This document shows, one piece after another, positions 50,394 through 58,483 of a stretch of DNA of 64,000 nucleotides (its first letter is position 1; each line of letters starts with the position of its first letter). The translations under genes were made by a program, and so were the position numbers. Origin of the DNA: Bacteroidetes bacterium ADurb.Bin145 (GTDB lineage: Bacteria; Bacteroidota; Bacteroidia; Bacteroidales; VadinHA17); contig MWDJ01000001.1 in assembly GCA_002070505.1 (NCBI GenBank), positions 28,918-92,917 of the forward strand, written 5' to 3'. A model generated the notes under the pieces. The model ran no database searches, was not told the DNA's origin, and saw nothing but the letters and a program-made list of their open reading frames with translations.

Positions 50394-50441
50394 CACCGTA
50401 ACGCCATTGTGCCGTTGCAACGTTGCACCGTCGTGCCTATA
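50394..50441. repeat. octamer array of NNCCNTTG type: CACCGTAA CGCCATTG TGCCGTTG CAACGTTG CACCGTCG TGCCTATA
   Basis: Read directly. It fills the whole 49-nt spacer between the convergent NSS transporter and lysA genes. Confidence 0.7.
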
Positions 50442-51585
50442 TCTCGTCCGAAAAAACAGCCCTCGGCAGATCCCTGAGATTATATCTCGAAGCCATCGAC
50501 TCACCATATGCTCCGGCCGAACGAATAGCAATAAGATCACCTCTCCGGGTCTCGGGAAGCTCAACATATTTACCGAATGTATCTGATGATTCACAAATTG
50601 GCCCGACTATATCATACCTGAATATTTTTCCATCGGAGGTAAGATTCTCAATTTTATGGTATGCCTGGTAAAGAGCAGGTCTTATCAGATCAGTCATCCC
50701 TGCATCCAGAACAGCAAAAAGAGTATTACTCCCGGCTTTGATGAACAGCACTTTAGAGATAAGCGAACCACACTGGCCCACTACTGATCTGCCAGGTTCA
50801 AAATGGAGTTCCTGACCCGGCCTGAGACGCACAAACTCTTTTACAAGAGAAAAATATTCAGCGAATTTTGGTGAGTTATCCGGATCCTGGTAATCAATTC
50901 CAAGGCCACCACCTATGTTGATTATCTTCAGTTCGGCATTTCTTGCAGAAAACCAATCCTGCAGTTCATTTATCCGTGCACAGAGACTCTGAAAAACCGA
51001 CATCCTTGTTATTTGTGAACCAATATGAAAATGTATTCCTATTAGCTTAAGGTTTGTTAATTCCTTCAGCTTATTAAGAACTTCTTCAAGCTCCCAGGTG
51101 TTTATGCCGAATTTACTCTCTTCAATTCCGGTCGTGATATATTTATGGGTATGAGCTTCAATTAACGGATTGATCCTCAATGCAATGTTTACAACTTTAT
51201 TCTGTGCTGCTGCAAATTGGTTTATTACCTCTGTTTCCGGTATTGATTCGCAGTTAAAGCAAAAAATGCCGGCTTTGATAGCAGATTCAATCTCTTTATC
51301 ACTTTTTCCGACGCCTGCAAAAACGATCTCCGAAGGTTTAATACCTGCTTCCAGTGCAGCTGCTATCTCATTCCAGCTTACACAATCGGCTCCCAGACCA
51401 TAGGAACAGATCATTTTAAGTATCCTGGGATTTGGATTTGCTTTTACAGCATAGTGAATTTTGATTCCTGAACTCCGGGATTCCTGTTTCAGGATATCAA
51501 GATTAGATTTCAAAACATCCAGATCATAATAATAAAATGGAGTAGGCAGATCCCTGAATTTCCGGATAGTTTCTTTATTGATCAT
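50437..51585 (-). CDS. lysA: diaminopimelate decarboxylase
   Basis: PLP-lysine motif HYAVKANPN, GGGLGIDY, and the C-terminal region of the Orn/DAP/Arg decarboxylase family. Confidence 0.9.
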   Translation of the reverse strand: MINKETIRKFRDLPTPFYYYDLDVLKSNLDILKQESRSSGIKIHYAVKANPNPRILKMICSYGLGADCVSWNEIAAALEAGIKPSEIVFAGVGKSDKEIESAIKAGIFCFNCESIPETEVINQFAAAQNKVVNIALRINPLIEAHTHKYITTGIEESKFGINTWELEEVLNKLKELTNLKLIGIHFHIGSQITRMSVFQSLCARINELQDWFSARNAELKIINIGGGLGIDYQDPDNSPKFAEYFSLVKEFVRLRPGQELHFEPGRSVVGQCGSLISKVLFIKAGSNTLFAVLDAGMTDLIRPALYQAYHKIENLTSDGKIFRYDIVGPICESSDTFGKYVELPETRRGDLIAIRSAGAYGESMASRYNLRDLPRAVFSDEI

Positions 51586-51588
51586 TTT

Positions 51589-52911
51589 TCAAGCAAATAA
51601 ATGTTTACTGAGAAGTTTAAGAGCCTTGATCTTATCGGCAGTATCAATAAGCAAAGAGAGACTGTTATTACTTCCGCCGTATGAGATCATTTTTAGTGAG
51701 ACAGTGTTCAAAGCCCTGAATATTTCTGGTGCTGATCCTTTCCTTTCAGTGCGGAAATCGCCAACTATGCATATAATAGTCTGGTTTTTCTCTATCTCAA
51801 CAGTTCCGAGTTCCTTAAGGTCTTTTGCTATCTGCTCGAGGTTCTGAGGATTGTCAATTGTTAAAGATACTGACACTTCTGATGTAGCGATCATATCAAT
51901 GGGAGTCCTGTATGCTTCAAAGATCTCAAATACTTTTCTAAGGAATCCGTAAGCCATCAGCATCCTGTCGGACCTTATCCTTATAACAGATATACCATCC
52001 TTTGCTGCAACAGCCTTATAGTCGGCCTGGGTAGTTGATGCAGTGATCAGGGTCCCTTCATCTTCGGGCTCCATCGTATTCTTCAACCTTACGGGAATGT
52101 TATTTATTTTTGCCGGATTTACAGTAGCAGGATGCAGTATTTTAGCGCCGAAGTATGCCAGCTCTGCCGCTTCATCAAAAGATAATTCACGGATCACTCT
52201 GGTATTTTCGACAAAGCGTGGATCATTATTATGAAATCCGCTTATGTCGGTCCATATCTGGATCTCCCTGACTTTCAGTACAGAACCTATGATTGAAGCT
52301 GTATAATCGCTGCCGCCGCGTTTCAGGTTATCAATTTCTCCATATGCATTTCTGCAGATGAATCCCTGTGTGATAATGATGCTTTTGGAGTCACATTTTC
52401 TGAGTTCTCTCTTGAGGTTTTCCTCAATGTAGAAATAATCGGGTTCACCGTCCTTGTCAACTCTCATGTAATTCAGCGCAGGCAAAAGGTATGATTTTAT
52501 ATTTTTTTCCTGCAGCATTAAATGCACCAGCGCAGTTGACATAAGTTCTCCCTCTGCAAGAACAGCTTTCTCCTGTTGTTTTGTAAATGACCTTGATGCT
52601 ATATTTGTGAGTGAACCAAAATGACTGTTTATCATTTCCAGCCCGCTTTTTCTGAAAGCTTCAGTCTCGTACAGTTCATTTACCACTTTATGGTATTTTT
52701 CCCTGAGGATCTCAATTTTATTCATAGCCCCGGTCGCATTTCCTGAGTACAACAGGTCAGATATCTCCACAAGGCTGTTTGTAGTACCGGACATAGCTGA
52801 AAGAACAACAATTTTCCTTTCATCATCAGTGATGAGCGGGATCAGAGCCCTCATTCTCTCGGGACTGCCTACTGAAGTCCCTCCAAATTTCATGATTTTT
52901 ACGAAGTTCAT
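51589..52911 (-). CDS. lysC: aspartate kinase
   Basis: KFGGTSVGS N-terminal motif and C-terminal ACT domains. I prefer the ATG at 52911 over the TTG at 52917 in the ORF track. Confidence 0.9.
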   Translation of the reverse strand: MNFVKIMKFGGTSVGSPERMRALIPLITDDERKIVVLSAMSGTTNSLVEISDLLYSGNATGAMNKIEILREKYHKVVNELYETEAFRKSGLEMINSHFGSLTNIASRSFTKQQEKAVLAEGELMSTALVHLMLQEKNIKSYLLPALNYMRVDKDGEPDYFYIEENLKRELRKCDSKSIIITQGFICRNAYGEIDNLKRGGSDYTASIIGSVLKVREIQIWTDISGFHNNDPRFVENTRVIRELSFDEAAELAYFGAKILHPATVNPAKINNIPVRLKNTMEPEDEGTLITASTTQADYKAVAAKDGISVIRIRSDRMLMAYGFLRKVFEIFEAYRTPIDMIATSEVSVSLTIDNPQNLEQIAKDLKELGTVEIEKNQTIICIVGDFRTERKGSAPEIFRALNTVSLKMISYGGSNNSLSLLIDTADKIKALKLLSKHLFA

Positions 52912-52927
52912 TTTCAATTTAAGTTAA

Positions 52928-52953
52928 TAAAAAAACCTGCATTTCAGGCAGGT
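52928..52953 (-). terminator. terminator-like hairpin in the lysC leader (ACCTGC-CTGAAAT-GCAGGT followed by TTTTTTATT)
   Basis: Read on the minus strand. The U-tract ends about 17 nt upstream of the lysC ATG. Confidence 0.45.
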
Positions 52954-53069
52954 CGTTAATATAATCATCACAAATTCCCAGGTGCAACTGATGAAGATCC
53001 TTCAAGCAGGGGTGATCTCAACTTTGCCGGATTTGATGATACTGAACGCATAATCTTTTAATCAGTGTG

Positions 53070-53077
53070 CAAAAATA
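53070..53077 (-). promoter_or_regulatory. candidate -7 promoter box (TATTTTTG on the minus strand) for lysC-lysA
   Basis: Exact TAnnTTTG match about 160 nt upstream of lysC. It implies a leader of about 140-150 nt. Confidence 0.35.
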
Positions 53078-53120
53078 TACTTTTCTGTAATACCCGGTTA
53101 ATTGTTTATGATTTTTTTGT

Positions 53121-53128
53121 TATTTTTG
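53121..53128 (+). promoter_or_regulatory. candidate -7 promoter box (TATTTTTG) for the tRNA-Leu pair
   Basis: Exact TAnnTTTG match 94 nt upstream of the first tRNA, with TTTG motifs further upstream. Confidence 0.35.
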
Positions 53129-53140
53129 TCCCCGCAATTA

Positions 53141-53217
53141 AGAGCACAGAGCACAGAGCACAGAGCACAGAGCACAGAGCACAGAGCACAGAGCACAGAG
53201 CCCTGAGCCCTGAGCCA
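53141..53217 (+). repeat. heptamer array (AGAGCAC)x8, then AGAGCCC TGAGCCC TGAGCCA
   Basis: Counted directly: 11 x 7 nt. It ends 4 nt before the mature 5' end of tRNA-Leu(CAG). Confidence 0.95.
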
Positions 53218-53221
53218 AATT

Positions 53222-53308
53222 GCCCAGATGGCGAAATTGGTAGACGCGCTAGTTTCAGGGACTAGTGTCAGAAATGATGTGCAGGTTCGAGTCCTGTTCT
53301 GGGCACCA
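53222..53308 (+). tRNA. tRNA-Leu (anticodon CAG), type II, CCA encoded
   Basis: Manual fold. Acceptor GCCCAGA/TCTGGGC; D-arm GCG-AAATTGGTAGA-CGC; anticodon arm CTAGT-TTCAGGG-ACTAG; long variable arm; T-arm GCAGG-TTCGAGT-CCTGT; discriminator A plus CCA. Confidence 0.93.
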
Positions 53309-53314
53309 AAAAAA

Positions 53315-53385
53315 GCTGAGAGCGGGGAGTGGGGAGCAAAGGGAATGAAAGCCCTGAGCTCTGAGACCTCTGCCCTGAGCTAAAT
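53315..53385 (+). repeat. inter-tRNA spacer made of heptads
   Basis: Units read directly: GCTGAGA GCGGGGA GTGGGGA GCAAAGG GAATGAA, a 1-nt slip, then GCCCTGA GCTCTGA GACCTCT GCCCTGA GCTAAAT. The last units repeat the GCCCTGAGCYAAAT sequence that precedes the first tRNA. Confidence 0.75.
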
Positions 53386-53386
53386 C

Positions 53387-53470
53387 GCCCAGATGGTGAA
53401 ATTGGTAGACACGCCAGCTTGAGGGGCTGGTGCCGGCAACGGTGTGCAAGTTCGAGTCTTGTTCTGGGCA
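53387..53470 (+). tRNA. tRNA-Leu (anticodon GAG), type II, CCA not encoded
   Basis: Manual fold. Same acceptor stem GCCCAGA/TCTGGGC; anticodon arm CCAGC-TTGAGGG-GCTGG; long variable arm; T-arm GCAAG-TTCGAGT-CTTGT. It is followed by CTA rather than CCA. Confidence 0.9.
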
Positions 53471-53479
53471 CTATAAAAA

Positions 53480-53585
53480 GCGATGAACGAAGAGCGGGGA
53501 GCGGGGGGTAGGAATAAACCGGACTCCGAACCCCGTGTACCTTTCTACCTTTGCGCCATTCAACCGTTGGGCCTTTGCACCGTTA
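53480..53585 (+). repeat. heptad array followed by an octamer array downstream of the second tRNA
   Basis: Heptads: GCGATGA ACGAAGA GCGGGGA GCGGGGG GTAGGAA TAAACCG GACTCCG AACCCCG. Octamers from 53538: TACCTTTC TACCTTTG CGCCATTC AACCGTTG GGCCTTTG CACCGTTA (NNCCNTTN). Confidence 0.75.
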
Positions 53586-53641
53586 AATTCCAGTTAATGA
53601 CATTTATTTTGAATTGGGTTTTGACCTTTTAAGGAAATCAT

Positions 53642-53649
53642 TACATTTG
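53642..53649 (+). promoter_or_regulatory. candidate -7 promoter box (TACATTTG)
   Basis: Exact TAnnTTTG match 37 nt upstream of the 53686 ATG. Confidence 0.4.
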
Positions 53650-53685
53650 TCTTAGGCGAGAGTATTTACCCCGAAAAATCTCCTT

Positions 53686-55422
53686 ATGCAAAAAATCAAT
53701 GATTTTCTTGTTATGCTGGATGGTTATATAGGTGGTCATCCATGGTTCGTTATATTGCTCCTGGGAACAGGCATCTTTTTTACACTCTACCTGCGTTTTC
53801 CTCAGTTAAGATATTTCAGGCATGCAATAGATGTTGTAAAGGGTAAGTATGATCATCATCTCGACGTAGGTGACACGTCTCATTTTCAGGCACTTGCTAC
53901 CGCATTATCAGGAACGGTCGGGACCGGGAATATTGCAGGTGTTGCTCTAGCTATTCACCTCGGCGGTCCGGCTGCTCTTTTCTGGATGCTTATCACTGCT
54001 GCAATAGGGATGTGCACAAAATTTGTTGAAGTATCAATCTCCCATAAATACCGTGATATATTATCTGATGGAAGTGTTTCCGGCGGCCCAATGTATTATA
54101 TGAAAAAGAGATTGAATATCACTACAAAAAGTGGAAAAGTAATTAAAACCGGAGCAGTAATAGGAGCTTTTTTTGCCGCTGCTACTGTGCTCTCATCTTT
54201 CGGTACCGGAAGCCTGCCACAGATCAACAGTATCTCAAATTCTATCTTTACTACATTCGGAATAAACCATATTATTACCGGAGCTATTCTCTCTGTTCTT
54301 CTGGCTTTGATTATTATAGGAGGTATAAAACGTATTGCAAAGGTCACGGAGAAGCTGACCCCCGGTATGGCAATATTTTACTTTATCGGTGCCATTTTCG
54401 TAATACTAACCAATTATGAGAATATTATCCCATCTCTTGTTTCACTGGTCTCTACTGTCTTTACCGGAACGGCAGCAATAGGAGGATTTATGGGAGCTTC
54501 AGTTTCTTTTGCAATTAACAGGGGCGTTAACAGGGGACTTTTCTCAAATGAATCCGGACAGGGATCTGCACCGATTGCTCACTCTGCAGCCAGAGCCCCT
54601 GAACCGGTATCTGAAGGTATGGTTGCAATACTTGAGCCGTTTATCGATACTATTATTATATGTATGCTGACCGGTCTTACAGTACTGGCATCCGGTGTAT
54701 GGACCGAGAAGATTGAGAACCAGTTCCAAAGCGCCGATATGACTTTCCTGAACAGGGTGTATGATGAGAATATCCCGGATCAGAAACAAATGGTAGTTGA
54801 TTATATCAGGAACGGCAAGGCTCTTCCATTATTTAACGGGCAGCTTGAAATTGTTGATGGCAAAATGATGACCCCGGTCTCTCTGATCTGTTCAAGATCA
54901 CTTGCCGAAGATTTTACTTTTTATTACAATAAGAATCTTTTTTCAGGTAAGATAGACGTGATTCAGGGAAAATGGCAGCCTCAGTCAGCTTCCCTTAATG
55001 TGGTTGGTAAGTCTTTGATCCACAGTGCACCGCTTACTACTGTCGCTTTTGAAAGAAGCATTCTGGGGAAATGGGGTAAATATATAGTCTCGATCGGGAT
55101 ACTCCTTTTCGCTTTTTCAACAGCGATTTCTTGGTCATATTATGGCGACCGTGCCCTGACATTTCTCGTCGGGCCGAAATATGTGATCTATTACAGGATC
55201 ATTTATGTCGCCGCTTTCTTTATTGCATCATTTACCGATACAACCATAATCTGGTCACTATCATATATCACAATTGCTTTTATGGCTGTCCCCAACCTTA
55301 TTGGTCTGTGGATCCTGCGAAAGGAAATAAAGAGCACTATTGCTGATTACTGGGCCGGCTTCTCTGTGAAGTATCCTAACGACAGGATGTCGAAAAAATA
55401 TCTGCAGAAGGGCAGGCTTTGA
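53686..55422 (+). CDS. alanine/glycine:cation symporter (AGCS family)
   Basis: LATALSGTVGTGNIAGVA motif and multiple TM segments. At 578 aa it is longer than typical, with an insert of about 100 aa (ENQFQSADMTF...SLIHSAPL). Confidence 0.85.
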   Translation: MQKINDFLVMLDGYIGGHPWFVILLLGTGIFFTLYLRFPQLRYFRHAIDVVKGKYDHHLDVGDTSHFQALATALSGTVGTGNIAGVALAIHLGGPAALFWMLITAAIGMCTKFVEVSISHKYRDILSDGSVSGGPMYYMKKRLNITTKSGKVIKTGAVIGAFFAAATVLSSFGTGSLPQINSISNSIFTTFGINHIITGAILSVLLALIIIGGIKRIAKVTEKLTPGMAIFYFIGAIFVILTNYENIIPSLVSLVSTVFTGTAAIGGFMGASVSFAINRGVNRGLFSNESGQGSAPIAHSAARAPEPVSEGMVAILEPFIDTIIICMLTGLTVLASGVWTEKIENQFQSADMTFLNRVYDENIPDQKQMVVDYIRNGKALPLFNGQLEIVDGKMMTPVSLICSRSLAEDFTFYYNKNLFSGKIDVIQGKWQPQSASLNVVGKSLIHSAPLTTVAFERSILGKWGKYIVSIGILLFAFSTAISWSYYGDRALTFLVGPKYVIYYRIIYVAAFFIASFTDTTIIWSLSYITIAFMAVPNLIGLWILRKEIKSTIADYWAGFSVKYPNDRMSKKYLQKGRL

Positions 55423-55434
55423 TAAGAGCCCGCC

Positions 55435-58383
55435 TTACCGGACAATGGAGTCGTATATTGCCTGAAGGATATTCGTCCGGATATTCAGTTCGGTTATCAG
55501 ATTATTATTCCTTGTCGGATTCACCCTGTTGCTGAGAAATAAATAACTGAGCTCATATTCAGGATCGACCCAGACATAAGTTCCTGTAAATCCGGTATGT
55601 CCGAAACTCGACATAGATGCACTTATAGCAGTATTACTGTTCTGTGGCAGAACCTCATAATTATTAAGAAGTGGCTTATCAAAGCCAAGACCTCTCCTGT
55701 TATTGTTTTCAGGGAACTGAACACTTGTATATTTCCTCATCACATCTTCTGCTATTATCGGCTCTCCGCCATAAGTTCCCATTCTCCTGTACATTTCAAT
55801 TAGCTTCATAAGGTCGTTTGCTGTTGAAAAAAGACCCGCATGACCCGAAATGCCTCCCAGAATTGCTGCTCCTTCATCATGTACTGTCCCGTGCAGTAAC
55901 TGGCGCCGGAAAAGTGAATCATATTCAGTGGGAATGATCCTTTCGGGAGAGTATTTAATATAGGGATTGAAAACTATATCGTCAGCTCCCAGCTTTTGAT
56001 AAATGTTCTTTGAGATGAATTCATTCCATCTTTCACCAGCCAGAGTTTCAATTATGCATGGAGATAAAATAAATCCGAGATCAGAATACAGATACTTCTT
56101 TTCACCTAGGGAGGATTTCTTTATTGTCCTGATTATCCTGCTGCTGTAATTCTTCCTGATAAAGAGGTTGTTGGCAACTTCTGAAGGATATTTATCAGAA
56201 TAAGATGTGCTGTAAATACGTTTCTTGAATTTTCCGTTTTTTTTTACTGTCTGCTCCCAGAAAGGAATCCATGCTTTAAAACCGGCCTGGTGAGCAAGTA
56301 TCTCATTCATCTTCAGGTTTCCCATACCTGAATTCCTGAAAAAAGGCAAATAGTGTCCCAGTGTTTCTTCAGGATTGAATTTGCCGTCGCTATCCAGCAG
56401 CATGAGTCCTGCTGTAGTGGCAGTAACTTTCGTAAGTGAAGCCAGGTCATAAAGATCTTCTTCCCGGACCCGGATCGTACTATCATAGGTATGAAAACCG
56501 TATGTTTTATGGAAAATAACAATACCCTTCCTTGAAGCCATCACTTCACAGCCCGGAAAAGCTTTTAGATCCAGTCCTTTATTTACTATTGAATCGATCC
56601 TTTCATATAATTGCTCCGATGATAAACCGGCATTTTCAGGTAATCCGTATTGCATCCTTAAATTGCCCGGGGTTATAATTCCAAAATCGTAAGGCCATTC
56701 ACCATTGACAGTAACCGGCAGGGAACCTTTGGCGCCGATGGCGCCAAATATCAACTGGGCCGCAAGATCCTCGGTGTATTCATTTTCCTGGTATGTCAGG
56801 AGCAGTGCTTCGGCATTCCTGAGACATTCAACCTTGTCAAGGGCATAAGGATTACCAAACCATGTGATTACCGCCCTTGTTTTAGATATGAGATTCTCAA
56901 GAAGATTTTTCAGCTCCTGAGTCACACCAAATTGCCTGTCGGGCCTCTGGCTGGTTCCATATACACCTGTTATGACGAGATCATATTCTGATAACTTTCT
57001 GATCAGATTATCAATTTGTCCTGCTTTACCGGGATCAATGAAATAGTTATCAGCGTTTTTATATTGTGAGATCCTTTTCTGGAACAGAGTGGGTTTTTCC
57101 TGATTTACTGCCACTGTTGCTATCCTGATATTTCCAAGATTCCGTATTGGCAGTATATTTTGTTCATTCCTGAGAAGTGTAAGGGAATTAGCGTAAAGAT
57201 CCCTTATAAGAGCCTTTATCTCACCAGAGCTGATATCTTTTGAAATATCAGCAGTGTCAATTGCCTCAGGTTTATCCAGGTGTGACCAGTATTTCAGGGC
57301 CAGTATTTTCCTGCATTTCAGATTTATTTCTTCCTCTGAGATCCGTTTTAGTTTTATGTCATTTTTTATTTCCGACAGAGTGGCCTCAATCTCAGAAACA
57401 TATTCAATGATATCATTACCGGCCCTGTAAGCAAGGGCCTCCGCTTCCCCGGGTTTGAAATATCTTGTTACGCCCTTCATATTCATTGCATCGGTCATTA
57501 TAAGACCTCTGAAGCCCAGTTGTTTAATAAGTATGTCTTTGATTATCACTGACGAAAGAGAGGCAGGCATATTGCTTGTACTGTCAAGCAATGGAAGGTT
57601 AAGATGAGCTGTCATGACTATTCCTGCCCCCTCGTCTATAAGTTTTCTGAAAGGATATAATTCAACTGTATCAAGTCTTTCCCTGGAGTGCCGCATTACA
57701 GGGAGATCGGAATGCGAATCCACATCCGTATCGCCATGCCCGGGGAAATGCTTCAATGTGGCCATTACACCATTGTTCTGCAAAGCTTTCATATAAATTG
57801 CAGCCTTTGAAGAAACATTTTCCCTGCTTTCTCCGAAAGATCTGTAATTGATCACAGGGTTTTCAGGATTGTTATTTATATCTGCAACAGGAGCAAGGTT
57901 GATGTTGATCCCGGTTTTGCGGCATTGCTCTGCAGCTTTTTCCCCGAAACTGTATATCAAAGAGTCATTCCTGATCGCACCCAGTGTCAGCTGATATGGG
58001 AATTTCTCCGCATCTGCAAGCCTCATTCCCACTCCCCATTCAGCATCCATTGCTGTAAGGAGCGGAACTTTTGAGATCTTTTGATACTGATTGATCAGGA
58101 CTGCCTGTTTTTTAGCGCTTCCCTGGAAGAAGATTAAGCCTCCGATCCCATATTTATTTATTGCTTCAATAATTGTACTTACATGTGAAGAATCCCTGTC
58201 TGACCAGGCCGGGATCCAGATCGACTGAGCTATTTTCTGGTCTGTTGAGAGAGTGTTGATGACAGAATCAACCCAGGGATGATTCATATATTGAAGAAAA
58301 GGAGGATCTTTTTTCTGTGCATTGACCTCAGTAAGAGATATTATCAGGCAAAAAAGAAAAGATATTGGCCCCCTTGGATGCAT
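55435..58383 (-). CDS. fusion protein: GH3 beta-N-acetylhexosaminidase (NagZ-like) N-terminal part plus a beta-lactamase/transpeptidase-fold serine hydrolase C-terminal part
   Basis: GH3 motif KHFPGHGDTDVDSHSDLP and MTDAMNM. The C-terminal half has an SxxK motif (LYDLASLTKV) and the general class C beta-lactamase/DD-peptidase layout. Signal peptide present. Confidence 0.8.
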   Translation of the reverse strand: MHPRGPISFLFCLIISLTEVNAQKKDPPFLQYMNHPWVDSVINTLSTDQKIAQSIWIPAWSDRDSSHVSTIIEAINKYGIGGLIFFQGSAKKQAVLINQYQKISKVPLLTAMDAEWGVGMRLADAEKFPYQLTLGAIRNDSLIYSFGEKAAEQCRKTGININLAPVADINNNPENPVINYRSFGESRENVSSKAAIYMKALQNNGVMATLKHFPGHGDTDVDSHSDLPVMRHSRERLDTVELYPFRKLIDEGAGIVMTAHLNLPLLDSTSNMPASLSSVIIKDILIKQLGFRGLIMTDAMNMKGVTRYFKPGEAEALAYRAGNDIIEYVSEIEATLSEIKNDIKLKRISEEEINLKCRKILALKYWSHLDKPEAIDTADISKDISSGEIKALIRDLYANSLTLLRNEQNILPIRNLGNIRIATVAVNQEKPTLFQKRISQYKNADNYFIDPGKAGQIDNLIRKLSEYDLVITGVYGTSQRPDRQFGVTQELKNLLENLISKTRAVITWFGNPYALDKVECLRNAEALLLTYQENEYTEDLAAQLIFGAIGAKGSLPVTVNGEWPYDFGIITPGNLRMQYGLPENAGLSSEQLYERIDSIVNKGLDLKAFPGCEVMASRKGIVIFHKTYGFHTYDSTIRVREEDLYDLASLTKVTATTAGLMLLDSDGKFNPEETLGHYLPFFRNSGMGNLKMNEILAHQAGFKAWIPFWEQTVKKNGKFKKRIYSTSYSDKYPSEVANNLFIRKNYSSRIIRTIKKSSLGEKKYLYSDLGFILSPCIIETLAGERWNEFISKNIYQKLGADDIVFNPYIKYSPERIIPTEYDSLFRRQLLHGTVHDEGAAILGGISGHAGLFSTANDLMKLIEMYRRMGTYGGEPIIAEDVMRKYTSVQFPENNNRRGLGFDKPLLNNYEVLPQNSNTAISASMSSFGHTGFTGTYVWVDPEYELSYLFLSNRVNPTRNNNLITELNIRTNILQAIYDSIVR

Positions 58384-58483
58384 TAATTGTTAGAATTCCG
58401 TTTTCAGGCTTAAAAGTAAGAATTTTTTCATGCAGACCGGAAGACCGGTTAAATTGTTATTTTTACACGTGTATTTAAAAAAA

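Noticed and set aside
52912-53077. Calling the lysC leader a lysine (L-box) riboswitch
   Set aside because: It is shorter than a typical L-box (about 180 nt), and I could not find the conserved core sequences. I report it only as an unclassified structured leader.
53065-53265. Plus-strand ORF (66 aa) translating the heptamer array as STEHRAQ STEHRAQ STEHRA...
   Set aside because: It is produced purely by the 7-nt repeat (21-nt periodicity) and runs straight into tRNA-Leu. It has no plausible start context or protein-like sequence.
53255-53471. Two minus-strand ORFs (64 and 67 aa) across the tRNA pair
   Set aside because: They are antisense to two well-folding tRNA-Leu genes and the heptad spacers, with no coding signal.
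53141-53593. Could the repeat-rich tRNA locus, or the other arrays, be a CRISPR array?
   Set aside because: The units are 7-8 nt and directly tandem, with no unique spacers of about 30 nt. There are no cas genes and no repeats of 24-48 nt.
53471-53685. Glycine riboswitch upstream of the alanine/glycine:cation symporter
   Set aside because: There is no GGAGAG...CACCGAAGGGGCAA-type core. The region is explained by heptad and octad arrays plus a promoter box.
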